From: Methanobacteriota archaeon
Lineage (GTDB): Archaea; Hydrothermarchaeota; Hydrothermarchaeia; Hydrothermarchaeales; JACRDW01
Reading direction: 5' to 3'
Assembly (NCBI GenBank): GCA_043820925.1
Contig: JBDRDL010000063.1
Span: forward strand, 1-26,306
DNA: 26,306 bases
In this document: positions 1 to 9,034 of the stretch, one piece after another
Layout of the letters: each line of letters starts with the position of its first letter
Numbering within the stretch: position 1 is the stretch's first letter
Notes under the pieces: generated by a model
The model's input: only the letters and a program-made list of their open reading frames with translations
What the model was told of the DNA's origin: nothing
The model's database searches: none
Position numbers and translations under genes: made by a program

Positions 1-228
1 ATAATCGGCAGCAGGTGGGCAATTTTTCTGAAGAGAAAGAACGATGCAAGGAAATTTTTGCAGGAGTTTTTGTCCCAGCGAAACTTGGAGGAGAAAGGAA
101 TGCCAAGCCACATAGCGCAGAGTCTGGAAAAAGGCTTTTCGATTAAAGTGAACGAAGGCGCATTTTTGAAAGAATTCTTGCAAGACTTGCAGGAGTATTT
201 TGACCCGAGGTTTGCATGGGAGAGATGA
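1..228 (+). CDS. cca: 3' end of probable archaeal CCA-adding enzyme (partial)
   Basis: Frame 1 is open from the window start to TGA at 226-228: IIGSRWAIFLKRKNDARKFLQEFL...FLQDLQEYFDPRFAWER*. This resembles the C-terminal tail of archaeal class I CCA-adding enzymes. Catalytic motifs would lie outside the window. Confidence 0.55.
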   Translation: MIGSRWAIFLKRKNDARKFLQEFLSQRNLEEKGMPSHIAQSLEKGFSIKVNEGAFLKEFLQDLQEYFDPRFAWER

Positions 229-294
229 CTTTTACAGCGCCCCAACGAAGTTGGAGCAGCCAGAAAATCACTTTTCTGGTGCTCTTCCGATAAG

Positions 295-302
295 TTTTAT
301 AT
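295..302 (+). promoter_or_regulatory. TATA box upstream of the methyltransferase gene
   Basis: TTTTATAT preceded by purine-rich GATAAG, about 50 nt before ATG 351. Confidence 0.45.
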
Positions 303-350
303 CTGTTGTAAGCGACATTATTGATAAAGAGAGACTAGGATGAGGAAAAA

Positions 351-1211
351 ATGAGCACATACGAAATAGTGCAAGAAGATTGTCTTGAATGGCTTGGTAA
401 ATATTCTGAAAAAGATATTCACCTCACGTTCATTGACCCGCCCTTTAATCAGGGAAAAGATTACAGATATTTTAACGATACCCAACCTGAAGAGAAATAC
501 TGGACTTGGCTAAAACAAGTTTTATCAAAGGTTTATCAGATAACCGCCGACGGTGGTGCAGTTTACTTTATGCAAAGGGAGAAAAATACTGAAGAAGTGC
601 TAAAAATATTGAGAGAAACAGGCTGGGTATTCCAAAATTTGGTTATTTGGAAGAAGAAAACATCAGCGGTTCCGGGTGAATTTAGATTTTCTAAACAGTA
701 CCAAATTATTGCTGTTGCTATCAAAGGAGAAAAACCGAGAGTTTTTAATAAGCTACGCGTAGATTTGCCCATTCCACCAGAATATAAATACGAAAGAGCG
801 AACGGGGTCTATCTCACAGATGTATGGGACGACATAAGAGAATTAACCTCAGGATATTTTGCAGGGGATGAAGCGATAAGAAACTCAAAAGGGGATAGAG
901 TCCATACGCAACAATCTCCTATAGCCCTGCTCTTAAGAATCATTTTAGCATCCACCTTGCCTGGCGATACCGTATTAGACCCTTTTGCTGGGACAGGTAC
1001 TACTCTAGTAGTTGCTCACCAGTTAGAACGAAATTCCATATGTATAGAAATAGACCCAGAGTATATCAAAATTATTGAGACCCGCATGAAACGTCTCAGA
1101 CCTGCTGATGACGTCTTGCAGTATTATGACTATTACAGACATACACCTGATTTGGAAAAAATTTGGCCTGGCAAAAAACCTACTATTGCCAAACAAGTGA
1201 GGCTCTCATAA
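351..1211 (+). CDS. Site-specific DNA methyltransferase (N6-adenine/N4-cytosine, beta class)
   Basis: Motif IV DPPF near the N-terminus precedes motifs X/I (TLPGDTVLDPFAGTGTT, EID). TDVWDDI and HTQQSP stand where HPTQKP is usual. Confidence 0.92.
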   Translation: MSTYEIVQEDCLEWLGKYSEKDIHLTFIDPPFNQGKDYRYFNDTQPEEKYWTWLKQVLSKVYQITADGGAVYFMQREKNTEEVLKILRETGWVFQNLVIWKKKTSAVPGEFRFSKQYQIIAVAIKGEKPRVFNKLRVDLPIPPEYKYERANGVYLTDVWDDIRELTSGYFAGDEAIRNSKGDRVHTQQSPIALLLRIILASTLPGDTVLDPFAGTGTTLVVAHQLERNSICIEIDPEYIKIIETRMKRLRPADDVLQYYDYYRHTPDLEKIWPGKKPTIAKQVRLS

Positions 1212-2201
1212 ATGTATGAATTTATTGACGCTGTGGAACTTTTCATTGGGATTGCAAATGGCTTGAAACAAACGCAGATTAATCCTACTTCGTCCTTAGA
1301 TGAAATGGTATTAAAAACAAGTAAAACCAACTTAGCTTATGTCGATAACCGTAGAGATGCCAAAGAAAAATACGGTCTGGCTTTTTGGAATAGTATTGAA
1401 AGGCGATTTAAGGGCAAAACTGATTTTACAGACTGGGTTAAGGCGCGGGGTATAGATGAGGGGATTTTGTACTCCAAGTCGGAACAGTTTCCAGATTTTC
1501 TGTTCAAAGTTAGAAGGCAAGAAAATAAATTGATTTGCGGCAGTTTGTTAGAATTAAAAGACTCAAAGGGCGGAAGTATTGCTTCTTTCAATTCAACGCT
1601 TCCAACCAAATACAAAAGTCTTGAGGAAGTAGATGTAATTAATGGCAACAACCTCGTATCAAAGATTACCTCGATTATGGACGGAGAACTTGCATCGAAT
1701 AGAGATTATCACGCTTTCCAAAGAAGAAACTTCTATCTTGTAAGGACGCATAAGGACAGTAATAGAGTAAAAATTTCCATAATCGATGGTTCTTTTTTTG
1801 AAACTGTTCCTAAGGAGCATCTTATTTATCAGATGTTTTTGAATATTTTGCGAGGTCATCTGGAGAAAAAGGATATCAAAATATCTCCGGAAATCCTTAA
1901 TCAGATTGAGAAGTCCCTTTCTTATATCACAGACCAAACCATAATAGCCGCTTCCCAGACCATAGAAAAGGCTTCAGTACGACCGCGGCTGAGAATCATG
2001 GCAGAAGTTCATTCCGAAGGAAATCCGCACAGTAGTTTTTATCCAGAAATTTTAGAACGAAGCTTTAATTTCATTATTCAGAAATCCATCTATGGGGAAA
2101 AGCTTGCAGAAACAGTGCGCCGAGAAATACCTGAGATAAATATATTTACTATCCGCCATAAAAGGAATGGAGAGCATGTGGTCTTCCAGTTTGGATTCTA
2201 A
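1212..2201 (+). CDS. Putative type II restriction endonuclease (PD-(D/E)XK)
   Basis: Starts immediately after the MTase stop (TAA ATG). Contains FPDF...LLELKDSK, a PD...ExK motif. Confidence 0.6.
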   Translation: MYEFIDAVELFIGIANGLKQTQINPTSSLDEMVLKTSKTNLAYVDNRRDAKEKYGLAFWNSIERRFKGKTDFTDWVKARGIDEGILYSKSEQFPDFLFKVRRQENKLICGSLLELKDSKGGSIASFNSTLPTKYKSLEEVDVINGNNLVSKITSIMDGELASNRDYHAFQRRNFYLVRTHKDSNRVKISIIDGSFFETVPKEHLIYQMFLNILRGHLEKKDIKISPEILNQIEKSLSYITDQTIIAASQTIEKASVRPRLRIMAEVHSEGNPHSSFYPEILERSFNFIIQKSIYGEKLAETVRREIPEINIFTIRHKRNGEHVVFQFGF

Positions 2202-2392
2202 AGAATAATAATATCTTCATCCCCTACTGCCCAACGCAATTTATTTGTAATCAATACTAATCGTTTAAATTCGCTTTCTTCGTTTTTGCTTTCCATTCCT
2301 TTGTCGCTCCATGCGTGAAGCTCTCCAAGCAAGTAATTAATCAGATATTGCACTTCAGCTCCTTCTAACTCAACTGCCGTCTTCTTGCTCAT
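2198..2392 (-). CDS. Small hypothetical protein (64 aa)
   Basis: ATG ORF with protein-like composition, converging on the REase with a 4-nt overlap. Confidence 0.55.
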   Translation of the reverse strand: MSKKTAVELEGAEVQYLINYLLGELHAWSDKGMESKNEESEFKRLVLITNKLRWAVGDEDIIIL

Positions 2393-2495
2393 TTTCTCAT
2401 CCGAGTTTTGTTCTCTCTTCCTTAAAATATTTTGCGGTTAACTTTTAATATTCCACTCCCCAATCTACTATCATGTTCAGGTATAGAAGATTAGA

Positions 2496-2649
2496 TGGGT
2501 CGTCACCTATGAATCAATATTTTCTTTGGGGGTGAAGACCTTTCTACTTTCTGGAAGAAAGTAGCAAAATTTCAACGTCTGAAGATTTGCAAAGCAAATC
2601 TTCTACGTTGGAAAATGCTCCTCTTTTCTAAAGAGGAGAAAGAAAGGGA
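2496..2649 (-). repeat. Multi-hairpin intergenic repeat element (module B: hairpin-AAAGGTC(TA/T)TCACCCCAAA)
   Basis: The minus strand reads CCTTTCT[three nested hairpins]AGAAAGGTCTTCACCCCCAAAGAAAATA...GGTGACGACCCA. It matches 9920-9998, 17575-17722 and 22075-22170. Confidence 0.8.
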
Positions 2650-2655
2650 TTCATA

Positions 2656-4731
2656 ATGTTCTCAAAACTTATGGAAATCAAGGGCGTAGGCGAAAAGGTT
2701 GCAGAGAAGCTGGTTGCGCACTACGGCTCGGAGCAGGAAGCAGTCCGCTCCCTGCAAAATTTAGAATTTGAAAGGCTTTTTTGTGTTGCCGATATACCTG
2801 CGCTGAAGCTCGTAGATATTGCGAGGGACGTTTACGCCCAGAAGCACGACTTTGAGTACATAAAACTGCTTAAGACGCAGGAGGCGAGAGAGATATACCC
2901 GCAAATCTTGGATGCGCTTCGGGAGCATGCGCAGACAGAGTACGCAGGGCTGCGCCTTGCGCTGTTCTACCCGACGAATGATAAGCGCGAGCTGGAGCGC
3001 AGGTTTGAGCACGTGCGGAAAGCGAAGGATTTTTACGAAACTCTGGATGCAGAGAGCTTGAAAAAACTGAAGGATGTCTTAAGAAATTTAAAGCCGATCG
3101 AAAAGCCCAAAAAAACTCGAATCCCTGGCGAAGTGATGGTGACCGAGAGCAAAAAGCTTCACGAAGAGCTGAGGAAATATTCTGAATTGGTTGAAATTTT
3201 CCTTTTAGAATCACCAGAAGATTTGGAGTACCTGAAAGACTACGAGCTGGTCCGCTATGTGCAGACGAGTGACAGCAACTACGCAGCGCAGGTTGAAGCT
3301 CTCCCCCAAACAGAAACCCTGCTTGATTCCAAGCCAGAAAATTGCGTACCAGAGGAGATACTCTCCTTCTTCATAGAAAACAAGAAGCAAATCTCAGCTG
3401 CATGTGAGATTTTAAAAATTCTGAGCAAAAACCCTGCCTTCAAAAATTTAAAACTTGAAGCGTTAGATGAAAAGGCTTTTTCAGAAATAGCAGGAAAATT
3501 GCAAATCGAAAAAAGCAAATTTTCATTTGCCGCAGCTAATTTGCATGCAATTGTACGAGAATGTGTCGAGGCAGCGAATGCTTCTATAGTGGAAAAAGCT
3601 GAAAAGGAATCGCTCTCGCTGCACGGCAGAGAAGTTTTAAAAATTCTGGCAAGTCTGGGCTCAAGACCTTCTGAAATTTATGAACACCTGCCGCAGGAGA
3701 TAATTACAATGCTGCGCAGCGCTGCGGAGGGTTGGGAAGAAGAGTGCGCAAGAAGGCTGAGGATTGAGGATGAGAGGATAATGCTTTCCGGGATTTTTTC
3801 AGAAGAGCTGCGGTACCCCCTGCAAATCTCTCAGGAAAAACTGCAGGAGGTCGAGACGTGGCTGCGCAGTGAAGCAAAAAAAGCAGAGTTCAAAATGAAG
3901 AGAGAACTTGCTGCCTCGCTTAAAGACAGGGCTGAAGGCATAAGAAAAAGCATAGCGAGTCTTTTAGAACTAGATGTCCTGCTTGCGCTCGGAGAATTCT
4001 CGGCAGAGTACGAAGCAAGTTTGCCAAGACTCTCTGATACCCTTGGCTTAGGCTTCAAAGGTGCGAAGCACCTGCTGCTGCATAAAAAAAAGTTAAATCC
4101 TCAGCCAGTGGATTATGTTCTGGGAAGTTCGGAAATGAAATTTGCTGGAGCTGGCAGCGAAAGAATTACAGTAATCACCGGGGCAAACTCGGGTGGAAAA
4201 ACAACTCTGATAGAGACAATTGCCCAGCTGCAAATCATGGCTCAGTGCGGCTTGCCAGTCCTGGCAAAAGAAGCTTCGTTAGCTTTGCTGGATGAGCTAT
4301 ATTATTACGGCAGGAGTCGAGGCGATACGAGTGCAGGAGCATTTGAAAATCTTTTGAAATCTTTTGCAGGGCTCTCTGCTTCTGGTGCAAAGAGGCTTAT
4401 TCTTGCAGACGAAATAGAAGCTGTAACAGAGCCGGGTGCAGCAGCCAAAATAATCTCTGCGCTTCTGGAGTGGTTTGGGAAAGACGAAAACGCACTGGTA
4501 GCGCTTGTAACTCATTTGGGCGAAGATATCGATGCAAAAGTCAGAATCGACGGCATAGAAGCAGAAGGCTTGGACGAAAATCTGAATCTCATCGTTAATC
4601 GAAATCCTGTGCTGAACAAACTTGCAAAATCAACGCCTGAATTAATCGTGCAAAAACTCAGCAGGACAGAAAAGAGGCATGCTGATTTTTACAGGCACGT
4701 GCTGAAGAAGTTTAAGTTAGGAAATTTCTAG
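2656..4731 (+). CDS. Archaeal MutS-like ATPase with N-terminal helix-hairpin-helix (MutS5-type)
   Basis: N-terminal IKGVGEKVA HhH. Walker A ITGANSGGKTT, then QLQIMAQCGLPV, SAGAFE, Walker B LILADEIE, TEPGAA and VTHL. No mismatch-binding or Smr domain is seen. Confidence 0.88.
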   Translation: MFSKLMEIKGVGEKVAEKLVAHYGSEQEAVRSLQNLEFERLFCVADIPALKLVDIARDVYAQKHDFEYIKLLKTQEAREIYPQILDALREHAQTEYAGLRLALFYPTNDKRELERRFEHVRKAKDFYETLDAESLKKLKDVLRNLKPIEKPKKTRIPGEVMVTESKKLHEELRKYSELVEIFLLESPEDLEYLKDYELVRYVQTSDSNYAAQVEALPQTETLLDSKPENCVPEEILSFFIENKKQISAACEILKILSKNPAFKNLKLEALDEKAFSEIAGKLQIEKSKFSFAAANLHAIVRECVEAANASIVEKAEKESLSLHGREVLKILASLGSRPSEIYEHLPQEIITMLRSAAEGWEEECARRLRIEDERIMLSGIFSEELRYPLQISQEKLQEVETWLRSEAKKAEFKMKRELAASLKDRAEGIRKSIASLLELDVLLALGEFSAEYEASLPRLSDTLGLGFKGAKHLLLHKKKLNPQPVDYVLGSSEMKFAGAGSERITVITGANSGGKTTLIETIAQLQIMAQCGLPVLAKEASLALLDELYYYGRSRGDTSAGAFENLLKSFAGLSASGAKRLILADEIEAVTEPGAAAKIISALLEWFGKDENALVALVTHLGEDIDAKVRIDGIEAEGLDENLNLIVNRNPVLNKLAKSTPELIVQKLSRTEKRHADFYRHVLKKFKLGNF

Positions 4732-4794
4732 ATTTGCTTATGCAAAACAAGATGGAATCACAAAATAAATATACTTAGAACGCCAGCTTATATC

Positions 4795-5586
4795 ATGGTC
4801 AAGGTGAGCATCGTTAAATCTGAAAAACCTGACGTTAAGAAAGCCCTGGACCTTATTGATTTTGCTCCTAAGGAGTGCGAGCTTCTCGTTATAAAGCCGA
4901 ATTTTTGCATTCCAAGACCTTCCTCAATAAGAGCCACTACTGATTTAAGGGTTCTGACGCAGGTTTTAAAGCTGTTCGAAAATATTGCGAAAGAGAGGGT
5001 CGTGGTTGAGAGCGACGGCTACTATGCAACCGCAGAAGAGGCTTTTGAGATAACGGGAGCAAGGGAACTGTGCGAATACTGCGGAGCGAAGCTTGTGAAC
5101 CTGAGCAAGGACATATGCATTCCAGTCAAGCAGGACTACAATGCGCTTGCGGATTTCAAAGTTCCCAGAACTATCTTGAAGGCAGATTTCTTGGTCAACA
5201 TGCCGGTGATGAAGACGCACGAGTTAACGACAGTTTCTCTAAGCCTGAAGAACATGCTCGGGATAATACCCAGAAAAAAAATGCTCTATCACGTGAGCGT
5301 CGAAGAGGCAATCTGCGATGTTATGAAGGTCAGAAAACCTGATTTGAACATCCTTGATGCGACAACCGCCCTCGCATTTGGCAGACCAAAAAAAATGGAT
5401 TTAGTTATGGCGAGCTGTGATGCAGTTGCTCTGGACGCTGTAGCATGCAAGGTTATGGGGATAAATCCTGATGCGGTGGAGCACATACTCAGGGCAGGAT
5501 ACTACAATTTTGGCACAGCCTTGCTTAAAAAAATTCAAGTGGTCGGAGAGCAGATAGAGAACGTCAGGGAGAAGTTTATATTCTAA
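4795..5586 (+). CDS. DUF362 domain protein
   Basis: IKPN, ATTD, NMPVMKTH...VSLSLKNMLG and DAVALDAVACKVMG motifs. No ferredoxin extension. Confidence 0.85.
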   Translation: MVKVSIVKSEKPDVKKALDLIDFAPKECELLVIKPNFCIPRPSSIRATTDLRVLTQVLKLFENIAKERVVVESDGYYATAEEAFEITGARELCEYCGAKLVNLSKDICIPVKQDYNALADFKVPRTILKADFLVNMPVMKTHELTTVSLSLKNMLGIIPRKKMLYHVSVEEAICDVMKVRKPDLNILDATTALAFGRPKKMDLVMASCDAVALDAVACKVMGINPDAVEHILRAGYYNFGTALLKKIQVVGEQIENVREKFIF

Positions 5587-6601
5587 AACTCCAGTAACTT
5601 GAGAGATTCTTTTTCACCGCAGCTATTCTCGACTCGACATAGGATGTAATCTTCTTGTTTTCTTCGAGAGGCATTTCAGCAGGCTCTTCGCCCAGCTCAA
5701 ACAGTGCTGCCAGAGTCGCAAAAACAGAGCTCGCAAGAGCATCTGTGTTGTAGCCTCCCTCGAGTCCGAAGATGAGCCCTGCCTTTGTGCCGAGCTTAAG
5801 TTTTTTTGCGATTTCATAATAGCATCTCGAGGAGAGGCGCATTCCTCCGAGAGGGTCGCTGTGGTGCGCATCATAGCCTGCGGAAACAAAAATAAGCTCA
5901 GGACGAAATTCTTTCATAACCTGTATTACGACTTCGTCGAAAACCCTGAGATAGCTCTTATCGCAGGTCTTTGGAGGCAGGGGCACGTTTATCGTATATC
6001 CCCTGCCCTCGTCCTTGCCCATCTCCTCTATGCTCCCAGTGCCAGGGTACAGCGGATACTGGTGCAGCGAAAGATAGAGCACGTTTTTGCTGGAGTAAAA
6101 AATTTCTTGCGTGCCGTTGCCGTGGTGCACGTCATAGTCCAGCACGAATATCTTTTTCAGCCCGTATTTCTCCATGGCATATTTTGCTCCGACCGCAATA
6201 TTGTTGAAAAGGCAGAAGCCCATACTTCGGTTAGTCTCTGCATGATGCCCCGGAGGTCTTACTAGAGCGAAGGAATACTTGTAGCCCTCGAAATATTTAT
6301 CAACGCAGGATATAATGCCGCCTGAGGAGAGCATTGCGGTATCAAAACTCTTGCTGTTTACATAGGTATCTGCTCCAATCGTGGCTTCTCCTTTTTCTGA
6401 AAGATGCTTGATGAGCTCGAAGTGCTCTGGAGTATGAACCCTTAGAATATCTTCTTTTTTCGCATACGTCGGCTCCACCAGCGGCACCTTTTCAAAAACA
6501 TCTTTTTTCGTTAGGAGCTTCATCACAGCCTTTAATCTGTTGCTGTTCTCGGGGTGGTATTCAAGGTTGTGCTCTAGGTAACGTTCTGAGTAAATTATCA
6601 T
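5576..6601 (-). CDS. Histone deacetylase family (Zn-dependent deacetylase/amidohydrolase)
   Basis: HPE...RL, RPPGHHA, GFCLFNN, DYDVHHGNGTQ, SAGYDAHHSDPL and LEGGY motifs. Confidence 0.95.
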   Translation of the reverse strand: MIIYSERYLEHNLEYHPENSNRLKAVMKLLTKKDVFEKVPLVEPTYAKKEDILRVHTPEHFELIKHLSEKGEATIGADTYVNSKSFDTAMLSSGGIISCVDKYFEGYKYSFALVRPPGHHAETNRSMGFCLFNNIAVGAKYAMEKYGLKKIFVLDYDVHHGNGTQEIFYSSKNVLYLSLHQYPLYPGTGSIEEMGKDEGRGYTINVPLPPKTCDKSYLRVFDEVVIQVMKEFRPELIFVSAGYDAHHSDPLGGMRLSSRCYYEIAKKLKLGTKAGLIFGLEGGYNTDALASSVFATLAALFELGEEPAEMPLEENKKITSYVESRIAAVKKNLSSYWSFRI

Positions 6602-7263
6602 ACGCAGCCCCTTGTTAAAAACCTCAAAATATGATATGCAACTTTTAGAGTATCCCGCACTGGCCTTACGCCGGATTTTTCTTCTCCGTAAACGCAGGAT
6701 ATGGGCACTTCTGCAATCTTAAATTTTTTTCTTGCAGCTTCCAGAATCATTATGTGGTCTATTGCATATCTTTCAGCCCTTAGCTCAAGTTTTTCAAGTT
6801 TTTTCCCACGCATTGCCCTGAATCCTGATTGTGGGTCGCTAATTTTCTGCCCTGCTAGAAAGCCTACCAGCAAGGAAGCTACCTTGTTTGAAAATTTGCT
6901 GGCGAAAGGCATGCTGCGGCAGTCAGAATAAAACCTGCTGCCTATGCACAGGTCGTTCCCGCTTTCTATGCATTTAATCAGCAGGGGAATTTCTTCTGGC
7001 GGGTGCTGGGCATCACTGTCGAGCATTACGACTACATCATAGCCCTTGCAGCGACGAAAGGCGGTCCTCAAAGCGTGCGCCTTGCCCCTGTTTTTCTGAA
7101 GAACTATAACCTCCGCACTTGTTTTTTTTGCCTCTGCTGCGCTTTCGTCGGTGGAACCGTCGTCGACGACTATTACTTTATCCACGAATTTCTCAGCAGC
7201 TTTGGCAACCTGCCGAATCGTTTTTTCCCCGTTATATACGGGAATTACAGCAGCCGACTTCAT
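6598..7263 (-). CDS. Glycosyltransferase family 2 (dolichol-phosphate mannose synthase-like)
   Basis: VIPVYNGE, VDDGSTD, NRGKA, DSDAQH, GSRF and DPQSGFRA motifs. Confidence 0.93.
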   Translation of the reverse strand: MKSAAVIPVYNGEKTIRQVAKAAEKFVDKVIVVDDGSTDESAAEAKKTSAEVIVLQKNRGKAHALRTAFRRCKGYDVVVMLDSDAQHPPEEIPLLIKCIESGNDLCIGSRFYSDCRSMPFASKFSNKVASLLVGFLAGQKISDPQSGFRAMRGKKLEKLELRAERYAIDHIMILEAARKKFKIAEVPISCVYGEEKSGVRPVRDTLKVAYHILRFLTRGCV

Positions 7264-7374
7264 GAACTAGAGTATAAAGCAAAAATATATAAACTTTGAG
7301 CTTTTTTCCACAGGAAGTAAAGGTATGGCAATCGAAAAATATTAAAAATACTAAGTTACCAATGCAAAGTAATA

Positions 7375-7445
7375 GACATAGAAGACTTGAGTAGGAGGTG
7401 GGAAAACTCTATTAAAAATAGGGTTTGCCTCAAGTCTTCCATGTC
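7375..7445 (+). other. Long imperfect hairpin in the intergenic region (candidate structured RNA)
   Basis: GACAT-a-GAAGACTTGAG pairs with CTCAAGTCTTC-c-ATGTC. Inner stem AAACTCTATT/AATAGGGTTT includes a G-U pair. Confidence 0.5.
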
Positions 7446-7536
7446 CGTAAAGATTATGTGTGTTTTAACAACAACAAGGAATTTTGGGGAGGTATTACGG
7501 CTGGAACATCAGCATCTCCTTTCAGAACCACAACGC

Positions 7537-7544
7537 TTATAAAT
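7537..7544 (+). promoter_or_regulatory. TATA box of the rpl44e operon
   Basis: TTATAAAT about 37 nt upstream of ATG 7581, with a GGAG SD at 7571-7574. Confidence 0.55.
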
Positions 7545-7580
7545 ATAGCTATCCATAGCTTTTGTTTTCGGGAGATAATT

Positions 7581-7859
7581 ATGAAGATGCCAAGAGAGAG
7601 AAGAACCTACTGCCCGACTTGCAAGAAGCATATGGTTCATGAAGTTCTCAGGGTGAAGAAGAGGAAGGCGAGCGAATTAAGAGCAGGACAGCGCCAGTTT
7701 AGGAGAATCCTGAAGGGATATGGGAGCTTTCCGAGGGCGCTACCTTCTGGCTCAAAACCTACGAAGAAAACCAACCTAATACTGAGATGCAAGACCTGCA
7801 AAAAGGCGCACAGCGTAGAAGGTTTCAGAATTAAAATTCTTGAGATAGAGGAGGCTTAA
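7581..7859 (+). CDS. rpl44e: 50S ribosomal protein L44e (eL42)
   Basis: [17 protein letters not shown]...GQRQFRR...GYGSFP...KPTKK...[10 protein letters not shown]. The true start is ATG 7581; the ORF-track extension to 7425 is spurious. Confidence 0.97.
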   Translation: MKMPRERRTYCPTCKKHMVHEVLRVKKRKASELRAGQRQFRRILKGYGSFPRALPSGSKPTKKTNLILRCKTCKKAHSVEGFRIKILEIEEA

Positions 7860-7861
7860 TC

Positions 7862-8047
7862 ATGGAGTTGATTCCCCAGCCGAAAAGCAGGTTTTTGCGG
7901 GTCAAGTGCTTGGACTGCGGCAACGAGCAGGTTATATTCGGCTCCGCTTCTACGAGCATAAATTGCCTGGTATGCGGAAAAACTATTGCAAAGCCCAGAG
8001 GGGGAAAAGCTAACATATTGACTAAGATTATAGCGGTACTGGAATAG
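7862..8047 (+). CDS. rps27e: 30S ribosomal protein S27e
   Basis: [20 protein letters not shown]...[16 protein letters not shown] zinc finger, in its conserved operon position. Confidence 0.97.
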   Translation: MELIPQPKSRFLRVKCLDCGNEQVIFGSASTSINCLVCGKTIAKPRGGKANILTKIIAVLE

Positions 8048-8057
8048 GGGCGATATT

Positions 8058-8864
8058 TTGGTTAAAAAGAGGCAGACTCTGCCGAGCGAAAACGAGCTGG
8101 TTATCTGCACGATAACCAAGGTATTCTCTCACGGAGCCTTTGCGAGTCTGGACGAATACGAAGGAAAAGCAGGATTCATACACATATCGGAGATAGCTTC
8201 AACCTGGATTAAGAACATTCGGGACTTCGTAAGGGAAGGTCAGAAAACTGTTGCAAAAGTGCTGAGCGTTGATGTGCAGAAAGAGCACGTTGACATATCG
8301 ACTAGAAGAGTAGGCGACGCCCAGAAAAAGACCAAGATGCAGGAATGGAAGAGGGCGCAGAAAGCTGAAAAGCTTCTGGAGATTGCTGCGAAAAAAGTAA
8401 ATAAGAGTCTGGACGATGCGTACAGCGAAGTGGGCTTCAAGCTGGAAGAAAAGTACGGAGAGATATATGCTGCGCTGGAAGAAATCACTACCTTCGGTAG
8501 AGAGGCATTCTCAGGGCTGTCTGTGCCCGAATACTGGATTGAGCCGGTCACAGAGATTGCGAGAGAAAATGTTGTACTGCCGCTGGTGAATATAACAGGC
8601 TACCTTGATTTAACATCGCTTGCACCGAATGGAATTGAAATTATAAAGGAAGTGCTGATAAGCGCAAGGAACGAGAAGTTCGGCGAGGACGTTAAGCTGG
8701 ACATAAGATACGTGGGCTCTCCGAGATACAGAATTAACGTAACTGCCCCGGACTACAAGGCTGCCGAGGAATCGCTGAAGAAATGCGCAGAAAAAGCTAT
8801 CGCAGTTATTGAGGAAAAAGGTGGAAGTGGTAAATTTCTGAGAGATGTTAAGGAAGAGAAATGA
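8058..8864 (+). CDS. eif2a: Translation initiation factor 2 alpha subunit (aIF2-alpha), TTG start
   Basis: S1 domain (GFIHISEIASTWIKNIRDFVREGQK) and C-terminal YVGSPRYRINVTAPDYKAAE. Confidence 0.96.
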   Translation: MVKKRQTLPSENELVICTITKVFSHGAFASLDEYEGKAGFIHISEIASTWIKNIRDFVREGQKTVAKVLSVDVQKEHVDISTRRVGDAQKKTKMQEWKRAQKAEKLLEIAAKKVNKSLDDAYSEVGFKLEEKYGEIYAALEEITTFGREAFSGLSVPEYWIEPVTEIARENVVLPLVNITGYLDLTSLAPNGIEIIKEVLISARNEKFGEDVKLDIRYVGSPRYRINVTAPDYKAAEESLKKCAEKAIAVIEEKGGSGKFLRDVKEEK

Positions 8865-9034
8865 AGATGAGATACTGCAAGAGCTGCGGGAGCTACACCC
8901 TCGAAGAGAGATGCAAGAAGTGCAGTGCAGAAACCATAACGCCTCACCCGCCCAGGTTCTCGCCACAAGACCCTTACGGGAAGTACAGAAGAAAGCTGAA
9001 GATGGAAATCTGGAGGAAAATGGATGAACTTTGA
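8861..9034 (+). CDS. nop10: H/ACA RNP protein Nop10 (57 aa; absent from the ORF track)
   Basis: My translation: MKMRYCKSCGSYTLEERCKKCSAETITPHPPRFSPQDPYGKYRRKLK...*. ATGA overlap with aIF2-alpha, in the canonical position. Confidence 0.95.
   Translation: MKMRYCKSCGSYTLEERCKKCSAETITPHPPRFSPQDPYGKYRRKLKMEIWRKMDEL

Noticed and set aside
7425..7580. N-terminal extension of L44e in the ORF track
   Set aside because: Family similarity starts at ATG 7581, which has its own SD and TATA inside the supposed extension.
8845..9027. 60-aa ORF in the track
   Set aside because: Wrong frame. The real gene here is nop10 (8861-9034).
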